Notes: generated by a model from the letters alone, not told the origin. DNA of 64,000 nt from Clostridia bacterium (GCA_028684095.1 JAQUGQ010000004.1:4937-68936), one strand, 5' to 3'; positions 9,803 to 21,122 are shown, numbered from the stretch's first letter. Made by a program: numbers and translations.

Positions 9803-10736
9803 AATGAAAAAAGAATTAAAAATAGGATATATATGTATAATAATAACAACTATGATTTGGGGTATAGATAATGTTTTGTTTAAAGATATACTAAACTATA
9901 TATCACCCAATATATTATCATTTATAAGGTTTGCAACAGTAATAATAGTAAATAGTCTAATTTTGATAATAACCAGGACAAAAACAGAAAAAAGTTTGAT
10001 AAATAAGGAATATAAAAAGAATATAATATTTATGGGAATATTTATGTTAATAGGATACTTTTTTGTATTTAATGGATTAAGTATATCTAAAGCAACATTA
10101 GTAGAATTTATAAATTCAGGATTAGGTTCTATAATAACTATAATTATTCTTGCTATATTTATAGATAAAGAAAAAAACATAGCAAAAAACAAGTATGTTA
10201 TAAGTGCACTTATAATAGCAGTGATTGGAACTTTTTTTACATCAAATATAAATAATAGTTTGTTTAATTTTAATTTTGATTTAGGAGTATTATATGTACT
10301 GATTGGAACAACCGCGTTTGCTATTTACACTATGCTAATAAGTAAATCCAATCATAAAATTTCAGTATTTAGAATTAATAGAGATTTTACAATTGTAGCT
10401 TTTATACTTATATCAATTATATGTGCTTTTACAAATGAGTTTAAGTTATTATTTCAAATAGATAAATTTATATTGTTAAAAATTATTTTAATATCAATTT
10501 TTGTAGATGTAATAAAAATTGCATGTTATTATAAAACAATAAGAATAATATCAGGTGTGAAGTCGAATATATTCATTTTATCATGTACAATAATAACGGC
10601 TTTTGTATCATATTTTTATTTAAAAGAAACAATAAATAATTTACAGTTGATAGGATGCAGTTTATTATTCATATCAGGAATAATAATATTTACAAAGGAT
10701 TATATTGATGAAAAAAATGTTGCTAATATTGAATAA
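9803..10736 (+). CDS. EamA/DMT-family transporter (about 10 TM segments)
   Basis: The sequence is highly hydrophobic with two EamA-like halves. I prefer the ATG at 9803 (MKKELKIGY); the ORF track starts at 9789. Confidence 0.8.
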
Positions 10737-10864
10737 AAAATAACTGATGAACTATTAGAAGAGGAAAAATAAATCAGTTATCAATAAATTTATATTCTAA
10801 CATTAAATATATAATATGTATAATTTTCGTCTAAATGCAAAACATATACTTAAAAGGTGATTAT

Positions 10865-11425
10865 ATGAATAAAATAATATATCGAATTGTAATTATGTGT
10901 TTTGCAGTTGTATTGCTCGTAACAGGAGCATATATTGGATTAAGAATTAGCGATAATGCAGTAGCAAAAGAAAATGTACTACCGGAACCAATTGATACTG
11001 TTGATGAAACAACAACTGTTGTTTCTATATATAAAAGTGAAGACAAAGATATAGAAGTAACGTATGAAGACTATTATATAAATTGTAAAGAAACTATAAC
11101 TAATAAAAATATAGAGTTTGGTACAACCAAAGAAAAAATTAAAGAAAAAGTTGATAAAGAATATAAGTTAGTTGAAGAAACAGAAAATAGTATTATATTT
11201 AGAAAAGAAATAGATTCTAATTGTCCTAATCACTTTAAACTTTTATTAGAAAAAGGTTATGTTATAATATATCAAATTGTAGATGATGAAATATCCACAA
11301 TTTATAAAAATACAGAAATACCAGAGTCTAATATAAGAGAAGAATTAATTTCTGAATTAAAAAAAGGAATAATGGTAAATACGTTAGAAGATTTAAATAG
11401 TTATATAGAAGATATTGAAAGTTAA
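10865..11425 (+). CDS. Membrane-anchored hypothetical protein, possibly with a BofC-like C-terminal domain
   Basis: An SD (aaaggtga) lies 6 nt before the ATG at 10865. There is an N-terminal TM segment, and the C-terminal part (CPNHFKLLLEKGYVIIYQ...ELKKGIMVNTLEDL) is reminiscent of BofC_C. Confidence 0.55.
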   Translation: MNKIIYRIVIMCFAVVLLVTGAYIGLRISDNAVAKENVLPEPIDTVDETTTVVSIYKSEDKDIEVTYEDYYINCKETITNKNIEFGTTKEKIKEKVDKEYKLVEETENSIIFRKEIDSNCPNHFKLLLEKGYVIIYQIVDDEISTIYKNTEIPESNIREELISELKKGIMVNTLEDLNSYIEDIES

Positions 11426-11438
11426 AGTATTCTTAATT

Positions 11439-11483
11439 AAATAAAGGTTATGTATTAGATATTAATACATAACCTTTATTTTT
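11439..11483. terminator. Bidirectional terminator between convergent genes
   Basis: A perfect 19-bp stem (aaataaaggttatgtatta / taatacataacctttattt) with a 4-nt loop and A/T runs on both sides. Confidence 0.75.
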
Positions 11484-13755
11484 ATATTACAATTATTTTG
11501 TCATCTTGAATATCAATTGTATAATTTTTATTTATCTTTATTTCTTCTTTTAAATATTTAATAGCAATTGTATCTTCAATAGATTTTTGTATAGCTCTTT
11601 TAAGTGGTCTAGCACCAAACTTAGTGTCATATCCAATATTTGAAATATAATTTATAACATTATCTGTAACTTTAAATTTGTAACCTTTTTTAGATGTTTC
11701 TAAAATAAATTCATCTATCATCATTTTGGTAATTTTATTAATACTTTGTTTATCTAATTTGTTAAATAATATAATTTCATCAATTCTATTTAAAAACTCA
11801 GGAGAAAAGAAGTTCTTTAAATTGTCATCTATTTTATTCTTTAGCATATTTTTTTCTATATCATTATTACCAAAACCATATCCATCATTTTTAAAGTTAG
11901 TTCCAATATTAGATGTCATAACAATTATAGTATGTTTAAATGAAACAGCTTTTCCTTGAGAATCTGTTAACTTTCCTTCATCTAATATTTGTAGTAATAC
12001 ATTATATATACTAGAATGTGCTTTTTCAATTTCATCAAATAATATTATACTATATGGATTTCTTCTTACCTTTTCAGTTAATTGACCTGCTTCATCATAT
12101 CCAACATATCCGGGTGGAGAGCCTATTAATTTAGATGTACTATGTGATTCTGAATATTCAGACATATCTAATTTTATAATTGCTTCTTCGTTATCAAATA
12201 ATTCATATGCTAATGCTTTAACTAATGCAGTTTTACCAACACCAGTAGGACCAACAAATATAAAAGAAGGAGGCTTAACTATATTTTGTAGCCCAGCTCT
12301 TTTACGTATTATGGCATTAGAAATAGATTCTACTGCATAATCTTGACCAATTATTCTTTTCTTTAAATTATATTCTAATTTAAGTAGTTTAACTTTATCT
12401 GATGTCTTTATTTTTGTAACCGGTATCTTAGTCCAAAGTTCTACAACTCCAGCTAAATGATTAGAAGTTACTTCTTTTGGTTTAACTTTATCATTTAGGT
12501 TATTTAATTTTACTTTTAACTTGCAAATTGTTTCTTTCAACATTGCAGATTTTTCATAATTAGTATATTCATCTTCTTTGTATACAGGATTATCAATGGT
12601 TTGAGTTTCATCTTCTATTCTTTTTAAAGCATCTTCTAAAGCAGCTATTTCAAATGAAGTTTTAGTAACCTCAGCAAGTAAATTATCATCTAAATTAACT
12701 CTTGAAGCAGCTTCATCAATTAAATCAATTGCTTTATCTGGAAGAAATCTATCATGAATATATTTTACAGATAGTTCTACAGCTTTAACTAATGTTTCAT
12801 CTGGTATAATTACTTTGTGGTAATCTTCATAATATTTTCTAATACCTTTTAAAATTTGGACAGTATCCTCAGAACTTGGTTCATCAATTATAACTGTTTG
12901 GAATCTTCTCTCTAGAGCAGTATCTTTTTCTATGTACTTCCTATATTCTTTTAAAGTAGTAGCACCAATTAGTTGTACATACCCATTTGATAGAGCTGGT
13001 TTTAACATGTTTGCAGCATTCATTGAATTGTCATGATCTTGACCACCAACAATATTATGAACTTCATCTATTGCTAAAATTATATTACCGTGATTTTTAC
13101 ATTCTTCAATAATAGATTTAACTCTAGATTCAAACTGTCCTCTAAATTGAGTTCCAGCTACAAGTGAAGTCATATCTAATAAATACACTTCTTTAGGTAC
13201 TAATTTAGCAGGGATTTTACCTTTTGCTATAGCAATAGCTAGTGCATTTACGAGTGCTGTTTTACCAACACCAGGTTCTCCAATTAAAGCAGGATTGTTT
13301 TTACTTCTTCTATTAAGTATTTGAACAACTCTTTCTAATTCTCTATTTCTACCTACAACCATATCTAATTCATTATTTCTAGCTTTTTCTGTTAAATTAA
13401 TACCATATATATCAAGTGTTTTTGTTTTTTTGTTTGGTTTACTGTTATTCTTTATTTCTTTGTCTTCTATATTTTCTACATTTTCTGAATTAATATTTTC
13501 AAAACTTGCAAATGGGTTAGAACCTAACTCTTCAAGTTTATCTGGGTCTAAATTAGTCATAAATTTATCAAATTGTGATGTTAAATTTTCAAGATCTAAA
13601 TTTCCAACTGATTTAAATTGATCCATCATTGCTTTCATAGGATCTATACCTTTTTCTTTGGCACATTCTAAACATAAAGCAGTTGTATTATTTTGTTCTT
13701 TTATGAATATAACAGCCATATTTTTCTTACATACTGAACATAACAAATATATCAC
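11482..13755 (-). CDS. clpE: Class I Clp/Hsp100 ATPase with N-terminal zinc-ribbon (ClpE-like)
   Basis: The N-terminus has CSVCKK...CLECAKEKG (CxxC...CxxC). Two AAA modules are present (GEPGVGKTA and GPTGVGKTA Walker A motifs) with a coiled-coil linker; 757 aa. Confidence 0.8.
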   Translation of the reverse strand: MIYLLCSVCKKNMAVIFIKEQNNTTALCLECAKEKGIDPMKAMMDQFKSVGNLDLENLTSQFDKFMTNLDPDKLEELGSNPFASFENINSENVENIEDKEIKNNSKPNKKTKTLDIYGINLTEKARNNELDMVVGRNRELERVVQILNRRSKNNPALIGEPGVGKTALVNALAIAIAKGKIPAKLVPKEVYLLDMTSLVAGTQFRGQFESRVKSIIEECKNHGNIILAIDEVHNIVGGQDHDNSMNAANMLKPALSNGYVQLIGATTLKEYRKYIEKDTALERRFQTVIIDEPSSEDTVQILKGIRKYYEDYHKVIIPDETLVKAVELSVKYIHDRFLPDKAIDLIDEAASRVNLDDNLLAEVTKTSFEIAALEDALKRIEDETQTIDNPVYKEDEYTNYEKSAMLKETICKLKVKLNNLNDKVKPKEVTSNHLAGVVELWTKIPVTKIKTSDKVKLLKLEYNLKKRIIGQDYAVESISNAIIRKRAGLQNIVKPPSFIFVGPTGVGKTALVKALAYELFDNEEAIIKLDMSEYSESHSTSKLIGSPPGYVGYDEAGQLTEKVRRNPYSIILFDEIEKAHSSIYNVLLQILDEGKLTDSQGKAVSFKHTIIVMTSNIGTNFKNDGYGFGNNDIEKNMLKNKIDDNLKNFFSPEFLNRIDEIILFNKLDKQSINKITKMMIDEFILETSKKGYKFKVTDNVINYISNIGYDTKFGARPLKRAIQKSIEDTIAIKYLKEEIKINKNYTIDIQDDKIIVI

Positions 13756-13879
13756 TCCTAAATATTACTTATTCAAGCAATAAAATAAGTATACCATAAA
13801 TTTCTTATATTTTCAAGCAATACTTGATTTTTTAAATCATATATGATAAGATATATGTATCTTTAAGGAGATGATATAT

Positions 13880-14476
13880 ATGATATATAATATAGCGATT
13901 TTTGTAATAACATATTTAATATGCAGTATAAGTCCATCGATTGAAATATGTAAAAAGAAGACAGGAGAAGACATACGAAATTTAGGTAGTGGCAATCCAG
14001 GTACAACTAATTCTATAAGAGTACTTGGAAAATTAATGGGTTTTGTTGTTCTTATACTTGATATGATAAAAGTAATAGTTGCATATGGTATAATATTTGG
14101 AATAGCTAAAGTTTTTAAACAAGATACAGAAGTAATGTTTAATTCATTATTTATGATAGCAGCTATTACTGGTCACTGTTATCCAATATATTATGGTTTT
14201 AGAGGTGGAAAAGGTGTAGTAACGATACTTGTTGTAGGGCTTCTTTTAAATTCACAAGTTGCATTAGTTTGTATAATAGCGGGTATTGTTATTATATTGA
14301 TTACAAGAACAGTATCAATAGGTTCAATAGGGGGAGTAATATTATTTAATATTATGATATTTGTTATGTTACAGAAATATATATTACCTGTATTTATAGT
14401 ATCACTAATAATTTTATTCAAACATAGAAAAAATATAACAAGAATCATTCATGGCGAAGAAAATAAATTATTTTGA
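13880..14476 (+). CDS. plsY: Glycerol-3-phosphate acyltransferase PlsY
   Basis: Contains the GSGNPGTTN signature and a multi-TM profile. I prefer the ATG at 13880, 9 nt after the SD (aaggag); the ORF track starts at 13871. Confidence 0.9.
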   Translation: MIYNIAIFVITYLICSISPSIEICKKKTGEDIRNLGSGNPGTTNSIRVLGKLMGFVVLILDMIKVIVAYGIIFGIAKVFKQDTEVMFNSLFMIAAITGHCYPIYYGFRGGKGVVTILVVGLLLNSQVALVCIIAGIVIILITRTVSIGSIGGVILFNIMIFVMLQKYILPVFIVSLIILFKHRKNITRIIHGEENKLF

Positions 14477-14486
14477 GGAGAGAACA

Positions 14487-15485
14487 ATGAAAATTTTAAT
14501 AGATATTGCAGGCGCTGATAAAGGTATCGAACTTCCAATAATTGCTGCTGTAAATATGGTAGATAAAATCGAAGGAAAAATTATATTAGTTGGAAAAACA
14601 GATGATATTAAATTAGTATTAAATAAAATTAATAAAGATGATTATATAAGTAAATTTGAAATATTAGACTGTACAGAATATATAACTAATTATGATGAAC
14701 CTGCATTTGCAATTAAAAACAAAAAAACATCGAATTTAGTTATTGCATTTGAATATATGAGAGAGAATGATAATACAATATTCGTTTCAGCTTCAAATAC
14801 AGGAGCCTTAATGGCTGGAGGTTTACTAAAACTTGGCAGAATAAGAGGAATACATAGACCCGCTTTAATGACTCTTTTACCTACTATAACAGGCAAAGAT
14901 GTTATTTTTTTAGATTCTGGTGCGAATCCAGAGGCTAAAGATATCTCTTTAGTGCAATATGCTAAACTTGGAGAAATATATGCAAAAAATGTACTTGGAA
15001 TATTAAATCCTAGTATTGCACTTTTAAATATAGGAGCTGAAGAAGAGAAGGGTACACCTACATTAAAAGAAACATATAAGCTTTTAAAAGCGAGTTTCCC
15101 TAATTTTACAGGCAATATAGAAGCGAGATACATATTAACTGGAAAAGTTGATGTAATAGTATGTGATGGACTCATGGGCAATATAGCAATTAAATCTTTA
15201 GAAGGTGCAGCATCTGTAATAAAAAATGTAATATCTACAGAGTTTAAAAAAGGATTATTAAATAAAATATCAGGATTAATAGCAAAACCAGTTTTAACTG
15301 GTGCACTCAAAAGGTTTGATTATAAAGAACATGAAGGAGCTGTACTTATTGGTATAAATAAACCAGTTATAAAAGTACATGGTAGTTCATCTATCGTAAC
15401 ATATGAAAAAGCTATTGTGCAAGCCCAAAAAATATTAAAAACAAACATGATTGGTAAAATAGAACAAGAATTAAACAAAGAATAA
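14487..15485 (+). CDS. plsX: Phosphate acyltransferase PlsX
   Basis: The product starts MKILIDIAGADKG and contains VCDGLMGNIAIKSLEG and KVHGSS motifs. An SD (gaggaga) precedes the ATG at 14487. Confidence 0.9.
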   Translation: MKILIDIAGADKGIELPIIAAVNMVDKIEGKIILVGKTDDIKLVLNKINKDDYISKFEILDCTEYITNYDEPAFAIKNKKTSNLVIAFEYMRENDNTIFVSASNTGALMAGGLLKLGRIRGIHRPALMTLLPTITGKDVIFLDSGANPEAKDISLVQYAKLGEIYAKNVLGILNPSIALLNIGAEEEKGTPTLKETYKLLKASFPNFTGNIEARYILTGKVDVIVCDGLMGNIAIKSLEGAASVIKNVISTEFKKGLLNKISGLIAKPVLTGALKRFDYKEHEGAVLIGINKPVIKVHGSSSIVTYEKAIVQAQKILKTNMIGKIEQELNKE

Positions 15486-15531
15486 TGATATTATATAGTT
15501 ACTGGTCATTAATTTATAAGTCTATTAAATA

Positions 15532-15568
15532 AATCGAACTATTAAATAAATAGTTCGATTTTAATTTT
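15532..15568. terminator. Bidirectional terminator (plsX / DUF2207 gene)
   Basis: An 11-bp stem (aatcgaactat / atagttcgatt) with a 7-nt loop. Confidence 0.6.
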
Positions 15569-15584
15569 AGTTAATATATATATA

Positions 15585-17750
15585 TTAGACAAGTGTTAGA
15601 ATCCGCCACCACCGGCCGCCACTGCCACCGCCACCAGAAAAACCACCTCCGCCAAAACTAGAGCCAGAGTTAGAGCCTGTTAAACTCAAATATGAACTTG
15701 AAAAAGACGATATCATATTTTTAAAATTGTTTAAAATATTATCTATGTTAATATCTCTATCTAAACCACTTATATCATAATAAATATTTAAGAAATCATT
15801 AATTTGTGATAAGAAATCACTTAAATCATCTTGTATTTCTAATCCATTTGCATATTGCGAAACATTAGTTATTCCTAGTGCTATAGCAAAAGTTAAATAT
15901 TTTTCCCATAATAATATATCACCAATTTTTTTTTCTTCTAATAAACTTCCGTTTTCTAACTTATCTTGTATAATTTTTAAACTTAAAAAGATTTTGTAGA
16001 TTTTTATATCATGCTTAGACATTAAGTTATCTGTCATTATTATAAGTAATGCCACCATAAACATGACTGTATTTATTATTACATATTCGCTTTTAGTTGT
16101 TAAAAACAGTAAGGTGAATACTGCTGAGGATATAATAGTAAATGTTATAACTGATGCAATTAACTTCTTAGCTGAAAATTTAAATGCTATCTTTACTATA
16201 TATTTTTGCGTACATCTAAATAAATATAATAGAAAGTATATAATATATAATATCATTGGTAAAAATGTTAATGTAGATATAATTATTGCAATAAATATAC
16301 CACTTATATCACTATTGAAAATTGTTATACTTCGAGATAAAGTTGAATTTGCTAGACTAATATTAAATGCCATATTAATAGTTATTATTACGCAAATAAT
16401 TGCAAATAATATATTATTAAAAGCTAGTAATGGCGTACTAACTTTTACAGAATTTGCGCCAAGTTCACTCAGTTTAGTTATTGCAAGAGTATCAATTATT
16501 TTAATTTTTTCAACTGTCATACCATCTTTATTCAATTCTTTGATTTTAGATTGCAATTCTATTTTGTTTGTGTTACCAAAAAATAAATTTATAATATTTC
16601 TTTCAATATCATCTATTACAATATTGTGGGGTATTTTTGTTATCATATATGTTTTTTTAGTAATGCCGGGTATAACCTCCATTTTAAGGACTTTTTTATT
16701 CACTAAATCTAATAGAACGGCTATTATATCTCTAGCATTCATTTCTCTGTTTTGAGCTATACACGCAAGTATCATAGGGTTATATTTATCTAAAAGTTTA
16801 TATTCATCATCATAATAAACCATGAACAGTTTGTCATATTCATATTTTACAAGTAAATATATATAATATAGCACCAAAATTACAGTTATAATTATGAAAA
16901 TATTGTTGATTAATATTCTCATATCGGTTCTATCTTGTAATACTTTTTCTTGATCTAGAACTATTGGAATCGCTTGTATTTTTGAAAATTTATTTGAAAA
17001 TGGTATACTACTATTATCAAACAAAACTCTAAGCGCTACAAATTGTTTTGCATTAATATTAGAATATTGTACATTTATACTATCCCCATTTATTGTTAGT
17101 TTGCCACTTTGATTTCCATGTGTATACGAATATTTAATTTGACTTGGAGATTCAAATTTCAAATCAATATTTAATTTGTTAATTTTACATTCGTAATTTC
17201 CACCTATGAAATTCCAGTAAATTTCTGCTGCATCTATGTGTTTTACGCCTGTATTTACTAATGTATATGAAATTCTAAAGCTTTTGGTTTCATCAGAAGA
17301 AGGTTCATACATCATATACTTTATATAACCGTTAGTTACTTCTTTAGTATATACGTATCTATCACCCAAATTAGCATAATCGACTTCTTTAAGTTCTATA
17401 TCTATACCATCTTTGATTAAATATACTTTGAAATTTTTTATATCAGTATTACCATATAATGTATCAGTAAGTATAGAATCATTAATACTTTTAGATGTAG
17501 TATTAAATGAACTGATGTCATTTATATCTTTTGGTAATGTAATATATACACCATTGTATTTACCATTAAACTTATATTCATTTAACAAGTTTACTTTAAT
17601 ATCTCCATCTTTTTCTACTAAAGCTTGTATATCAAAATTTGTTATAGTAAGTGTTCTGAAGTTAAATACGTGTTTTAGTACATAAAGTGCAATACTAATT
17701 ATCATTATAGCTGCTAATATGACAAATATTAGCTTTATTATTTTATTCAT
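15585..17750 (-). CDS. DUF2207-type membrane protein with Gly-rich C-terminal tail
   Basis: An N-terminal signal anchor is followed by a large extracytoplasmic domain, several TM segments and a terminal GSSFGGGGFSGGGGSGG tail, which is typical of DUF2207. Confidence 0.75.
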   Translation of the reverse strand: MNKIIKLIFVILAAIMIISIALYVLKHVFNFRTLTITNFDIQALVEKDGDIKVNLLNEYKFNGKYNGVYITLPKDINDISSFNTTSKSINDSILTDTLYGNTDIKNFKVYLIKDGIDIELKEVDYANLGDRYVYTKEVTNGYIKYMMYEPSSDETKSFRISYTLVNTGVKHIDAAEIYWNFIGGNYECKINKLNIDLKFESPSQIKYSYTHGNQSGKLTINGDSINVQYSNINAKQFVALRVLFDNSSIPFSNKFSKIQAIPIVLDQEKVLQDRTDMRILINNIFIIITVILVLYYIYLLVKYEYDKLFMVYYDDEYKLLDKYNPMILACIAQNREMNARDIIAVLLDLVNKKVLKMEVIPGITKKTYMITKIPHNIVIDDIERNIINLFFGNTNKIELQSKIKELNKDGMTVEKIKIIDTLAITKLSELGANSVKVSTPLLAFNNILFAIICVIITINMAFNISLANSTLSRSITIFNSDISGIFIAIIISTLTFLPMILYIIYFLLYLFRCTQKYIVKIAFKFSAKKLIASVITFTIISSAVFTLLFLTTKSEYVIINTVMFMVALLIIMTDNLMSKHDIKIYKIFLSLKIIQDKLENGSLLEEKKIGDILLWEKYLTFAIALGITNVSQYANGLEIQDDLSDFLSQINDFLNIYYDISGLDRDINIDNILNNFKNMISSFSSSYLSLTGSNSGSSFGGGGFSGGGGSGGRWWRILTLV

Positions 17751-17877
17751 TCAATTACCGCCAATCTAAACATTATTTATAAATTGTTTTAAATGTAATG
17801 CAATATAATTTAATTGAATTCTACCATATAACAATTTTTTATTCAACAATATTACAAAAAATAGAATATTTTGACAT

Positions 17878-17911
17878 AAAAAAAGTCTAACATCAAAGTT
17901 AGACTTTTTTT
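17878..17911 (-). terminator. Terminator after the nfeD-SPFH operon
   Basis: The stem is aaaaaaagtctaac / gttagacttttttt. Confidence 0.65.
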
Positions 17912-17925
17912 ATTACTTATTTGTT

Positions 17926-18852
17926 TTATTTGAATTTCAACATATCACTTGCTACTCCTAAAGAACCTAATGCTTTAGTTGTATCAAATGGAATAAATAC
18001 TTTGTTTGCTGGACCCATAGATATTTTTTCTAAAGCTTCTAAAGCTTTAATAGAAACTAATCTATCATCAGGTTTAGCATTCATTATAGAAGTATATACA
18101 AGTTCAACTTCTCTAGCTTTAGCATCTGCAACTTTTTTTATTGCATCTGCTGTACCTTCAGCTTCTAATATTTTAGATTCTCTAGAACCCTGTGCTCTAC
18201 GTATACTAGATTCTCTATCAGCTTCAGCTTCAAGTATTGCAGAAGCTTTTTTACCTTCAGCAATTGTAATATCATATTGTCTGATACCTTCAGCTTCAAG
18301 TATTGCAGCTCTTTTTGTTCTCTCTGCATTCATTTGTTTTTCCATTGCATCACGTATATCTATTGGTGGTTTAATATCTTTTATTTCAACTCTATCAACT
18401 TTACAACCCCATCTATCAGTTGCATCATCTAGAACTTGTCTAAGTTGTGTATTTATAGTGTCTCTTGAACTAAATGTACTATCTAAATCAGTTCTACCAA
18501 CGATATCACGAATTGTAGTAATAGCTATGTAACCTATACCTTTTTGAAGACTTTCTATTTCATAAACAGCTTTAACTGGATCTATTATTTGATAGAAAAC
18601 AACAGTATCTATTGTTATAGTAACATTATCTTTTGTTATAACACCTTGAGGTGGTATATCCATAGTTTGTTGTTTCATACTTACTATAGCTCTTACCTTA
18701 TCTACGAAAGGTATAATAAAGTTAAGACCAGGTTGTGCAGTTTGATAATATTTACCGAATCTTTCTATTACATAAACTTCGGATTGTTTAACAACTTTTA
18801 TTGTAAGCAGTGCAATTACTGCTACAATAACTAAAACAAAAATTAATTCCAT
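17926..18852 (-). CDS. SPFH/Band 7 (stomatin-like) membrane protein
   Basis: An N-terminal TM segment is followed by an SPFH core (VIERFGKY...PQGVITKDNV...) and an Ala/Glu-rich coiled tail. It is paired with NfeD upstream. Confidence 0.9.
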   Translation of the reverse strand: MELIFVLVIVAVIALLTIKVVKQSEVYVIERFGKYYQTAQPGLNFIIPFVDKVRAIVSMKQQTMDIPPQGVITKDNVTITIDTVVFYQIIDPVKAVYEIESLQKGIGYIAITTIRDIVGRTDLDSTFSSRDTINTQLRQVLDDATDRWGCKVDRVEIKDIKPPIDIRDAMEKQMNAERTKRAAILEAEGIRQYDITIAEGKKASAILEAEADRESSIRRAQGSRESKILEAEGTADAIKKVADAKAREVELVYTSIMNAKPDDRLVSIKALEALEKISMGPANKVFIPFDTTKALGSLGVASDMLKFK

Positions 18853-18866
18853 GTTATTTCCCCCTT

Positions 18867-19304
18867 TTAAATTTTTTTAACTTTAACTTTAACACCGTCT
18901 ATCGCTTCAATTTCAATATTTGTATCTACAGTTATAATTTCATCTGTAGAAGAAATTGCAGACCATATTTCGCCAGATACTTTAACTTGACCTTTACAAT
19001 TTAAATTATCGATTGTTTTAAGAACTACTCCGCGTTTTCCTATGATACTTCTTACGTTAGTAAGTGTATCATTAGTTTTAAATAATTTACTTGTAAGTGG
19101 TTTTGTAAGTAATATAAGTATAATACTTAATATAGCAAAAACTGTTATCTGAATATGAGTTGGTACTTCTAATACAGCTAAAATAAATGCTATAAAAGCG
19201 GCAACTCCAGGCCAGAACATTAAAAATGATATTGTGAAGATTTCAATTAAAAAGAAAAAACCACAAAGTATAAGCCATGTAATCCACATAGGTAACGAAA
19301 ACAT
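18867..19304 (-). CDS. NfeD-family membrane protein
   Basis: Three or four TM segments precede a C-terminal OB-like part (GKRGVVLKTI...GQVKVSGEIWSA). This is the classic NfeD-stomatin gene pair. Confidence 0.85.
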   Translation of the reverse strand: MFSLPMWITWLILCGFFFLIEIFTISFLMFWPGVAAFIAFILAVLEVPTHIQITVFAILSIILILLTKPLTSKLFKTNDTLTNVRSIIGKRGVVLKTIDNLNCKGQVKVSGEIWSAISSTDEIITVDTNIEIEAIDGVKVKVKKI

Positions 19305-19592
19305 AATATTTTCACCCCTTTCATTTTGGTAAAACGTAAAAACTTATATTTATATTATACTACAAAACTAGTAAAAAATAAAGGAAAAGAATATAAAATA
19401 TTAAAAAAATATAAAATTTCTTAAAAAAACTTGTATTTTTTTAAAGTTTATTATATAATTTAGTCAAATATAAGAAATATGCTTAAAATCATGGACAATT
19501 TGTAATTGTTTCTTGGAATATTATAGATATGTAATATTGCTGACATATAATGTAGTATGTAGTATAATATAGGCAGGTTTATAATCAACAAT

Positions 19593-19621
19593 TTGACAAA
19601 TAGACTTTTGTATGTTATAAT
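19593..19621 (+). promoter_or_regulatory. Consensus sigma-A promoter (TTGACA-17-TATAAT)
   Basis: TTGACA at 19593-19598 and TATAAT at 19616-19621, with a 17-nt spacer. Confidence 0.6.
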
Positions 19622-19658
19622 ATGTGATGTAAATATAAGGAAGGTGCAAGATTAAGTT

Positions 19659-20663
19659 ATGGAAAAAAAGGGTGTGCTCAGTACTCTAAAGTTTATATTT
19701 TTTACAACATTCTTATTGGTATTAATGTTTTCTGCAGTAGTAGTTACTGTATTAAACACATATAAACCTACATTGAGAGTGGTGTTAAATGATAAATTCA
19801 TTGGTTACTTTTCGAATGAAGAAGAATTTGAAGATGTATATAATACTCTAGTTTCAGAAAAAGAGCTAATTGATTCTAACGTTAAAGCATATTTAGATGC
19901 TGAACCAGTATTTACAACTTGTTATATAAGAGATAATCTTATTACTTCACAAAATGTATATACTAGTTTAAGAGCAGAACTAAAAACTGAATATACTATA
20001 TATAACGTTGCTATAAATGATGAAAAAAAAATGATATTTAATAGTCAAGATGAAGCAAATAAATATGTAACTAATTTAAAAAAGGAAGTTCCTAAAGTTA
20101 AATCTGAAGTTACAACAGAAAAAGTTTCTAATCTTGGTGAAATGACTTCTATAGAAGTGGCAGATAATATATTTAAAGATATAGTAAGTAGAAATAAACC
20201 AGTAATTGTTATACCTAAAGTTGTTATACCAAAAGCAACAACAACTAATGAAACTGTTTCAGTTGCAACAGCTAATGTATCAGCAGCACAAGGCGGAATA
20301 TGGCCTACAACTGCTAGGTATATCTCTTCTTCGTTTGGTTATAGAGGGGCATCTCTTCATACAGGTATAGATATAGCTGGTAGAAGTGGAGATCCAATAT
20401 ATGCATATAAATCTGGACTTGTAACATTTTCGGGTTGGGGCGGATCTTATGGTTATATGCTTAAAGTTGATCACGGTAATGGTATTACAACTTGGTATGC
20501 TCATTGTAGTAAATTATTAGTTAATGCTGGTGATTCTGTTGAAATGGGTCAAACAATTGCAAAAGAAGGTACAACTGGTAACTCAACTGGTAACCATTTA
20601 CACTTTGAGTTAAGAATAAACGGTACTGCTGTTAATCCATATGGATATATAATTGGCAGATAA
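19659..20663 (+). CDS. Membrane-anchored M23 (LytM) metallopeptidase
   Basis: An N-terminal TM segment and a C-terminal domain with HTGIDIAG, GYMLKVDHGNG and GNHLHFELRING motifs. Confidence 0.85.
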   Translation: MEKKGVLSTLKFIFFTTFLLVLMFSAVVVTVLNTYKPTLRVVLNDKFIGYFSNEEEFEDVYNTLVSEKELIDSNVKAYLDAEPVFTTCYIRDNLITSQNVYTSLRAELKTEYTIYNVAINDEKKMIFNSQDEANKYVTNLKKEVPKVKSEVTTEKVSNLGEMTSIEVADNIFKDIVSRNKPVIVIPKVVIPKATTTNETVSVATANVSAAQGGIWPTTARYISSSFGYRGASLHTGIDIAGRSGDPIYAYKSGLVTFSGWGGSYGYMLKVDHGNGITTWYAHCSKLLVNAGDSVEMGQTIAKEGTTGNSTGNHLHFELRINGTAVNPYGYIIGR

Positions 20664-20776
20664 TCAATTGATATAAACATATTAAATTATGTATATATAT
20701 ACCTTTTACTCAGATATAATATACCTCATATTATTTCTTAGTTTATAGGAATTATTGAAAAAGGAGGAAATATAAA

Positions 20777-21040
20777 ATGACTAAAGAAAGAAAAGCTGAA
20801 ATTTTAACAACTTATGCAAGAGCAGAGAAAGATACTGGTTCTACAGAAGTACAAGTAGCTTTACTTACAGAAAGAATAAACGAATTGACTGGACATCTTA
20901 AAATTCATAAAAAAGATAACCATTCAAGACGTGGACTTTTAGTAATGGTTGGTAAAAGAAGAAGATTATTAAATTATTTAGAAGCTAAAGATGTATTGAA
21001 ATATAGAGATACAATAGCTAAATTAGGAATAAGAAAATAG
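20777..21040 (+). CDS. rpsO: 30S ribosomal protein S15
   Basis: Contains [35 protein letters not shown]; 87 aa. Confidence 0.95.
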   Translation: MTKERKAEILTTYARAEKDTGSTEVQVALLTERINELTGHLKIHKKDNHSRRGLLVMVGKRRRLLNYLEAKDVLKYRDTIAKLGIRK

Positions 21041-21054
21041 TTATAACAAAAAAC

Positions 21055-21092
21055 AAAAATTGTACTGATTTTTTAATTAGTACAATTTTTTT
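21055..21092 (+). terminator. rpsO terminator
   Basis: The stem is aaaaattgtact / agtacaattttt, followed by a T tail. Confidence 0.7.
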
Positions 21093-21122
21093 GCTAAAAA
21101 TAGCAAAAAAATCATAAAAATA

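Noticed and set aside
13772-13822. The direct repeat ttcaagcaata x2, spaced 40 bp apart in the clpE-plsY divergent region, considered as a possible CtsR operator.
   Set aside because: It does not match the CtsR heptad repeat (A/GGTCAAA-NAN-A/GGTCAAA). One copy is better explained as the -35 (TTGCTT on the minus strand) of a clpE promoter.
15595-15680. A sharply GC-rich patch (ccgccaccaccggccgccactgccaccgccacc) in an otherwise AT-rich region.
   Set aside because: It is the minus-strand coding sequence of the Gly-rich tail (GGGGFSGGGGSGG) of the DUF2207 protein. It is not foreign DNA or a structured RNA.
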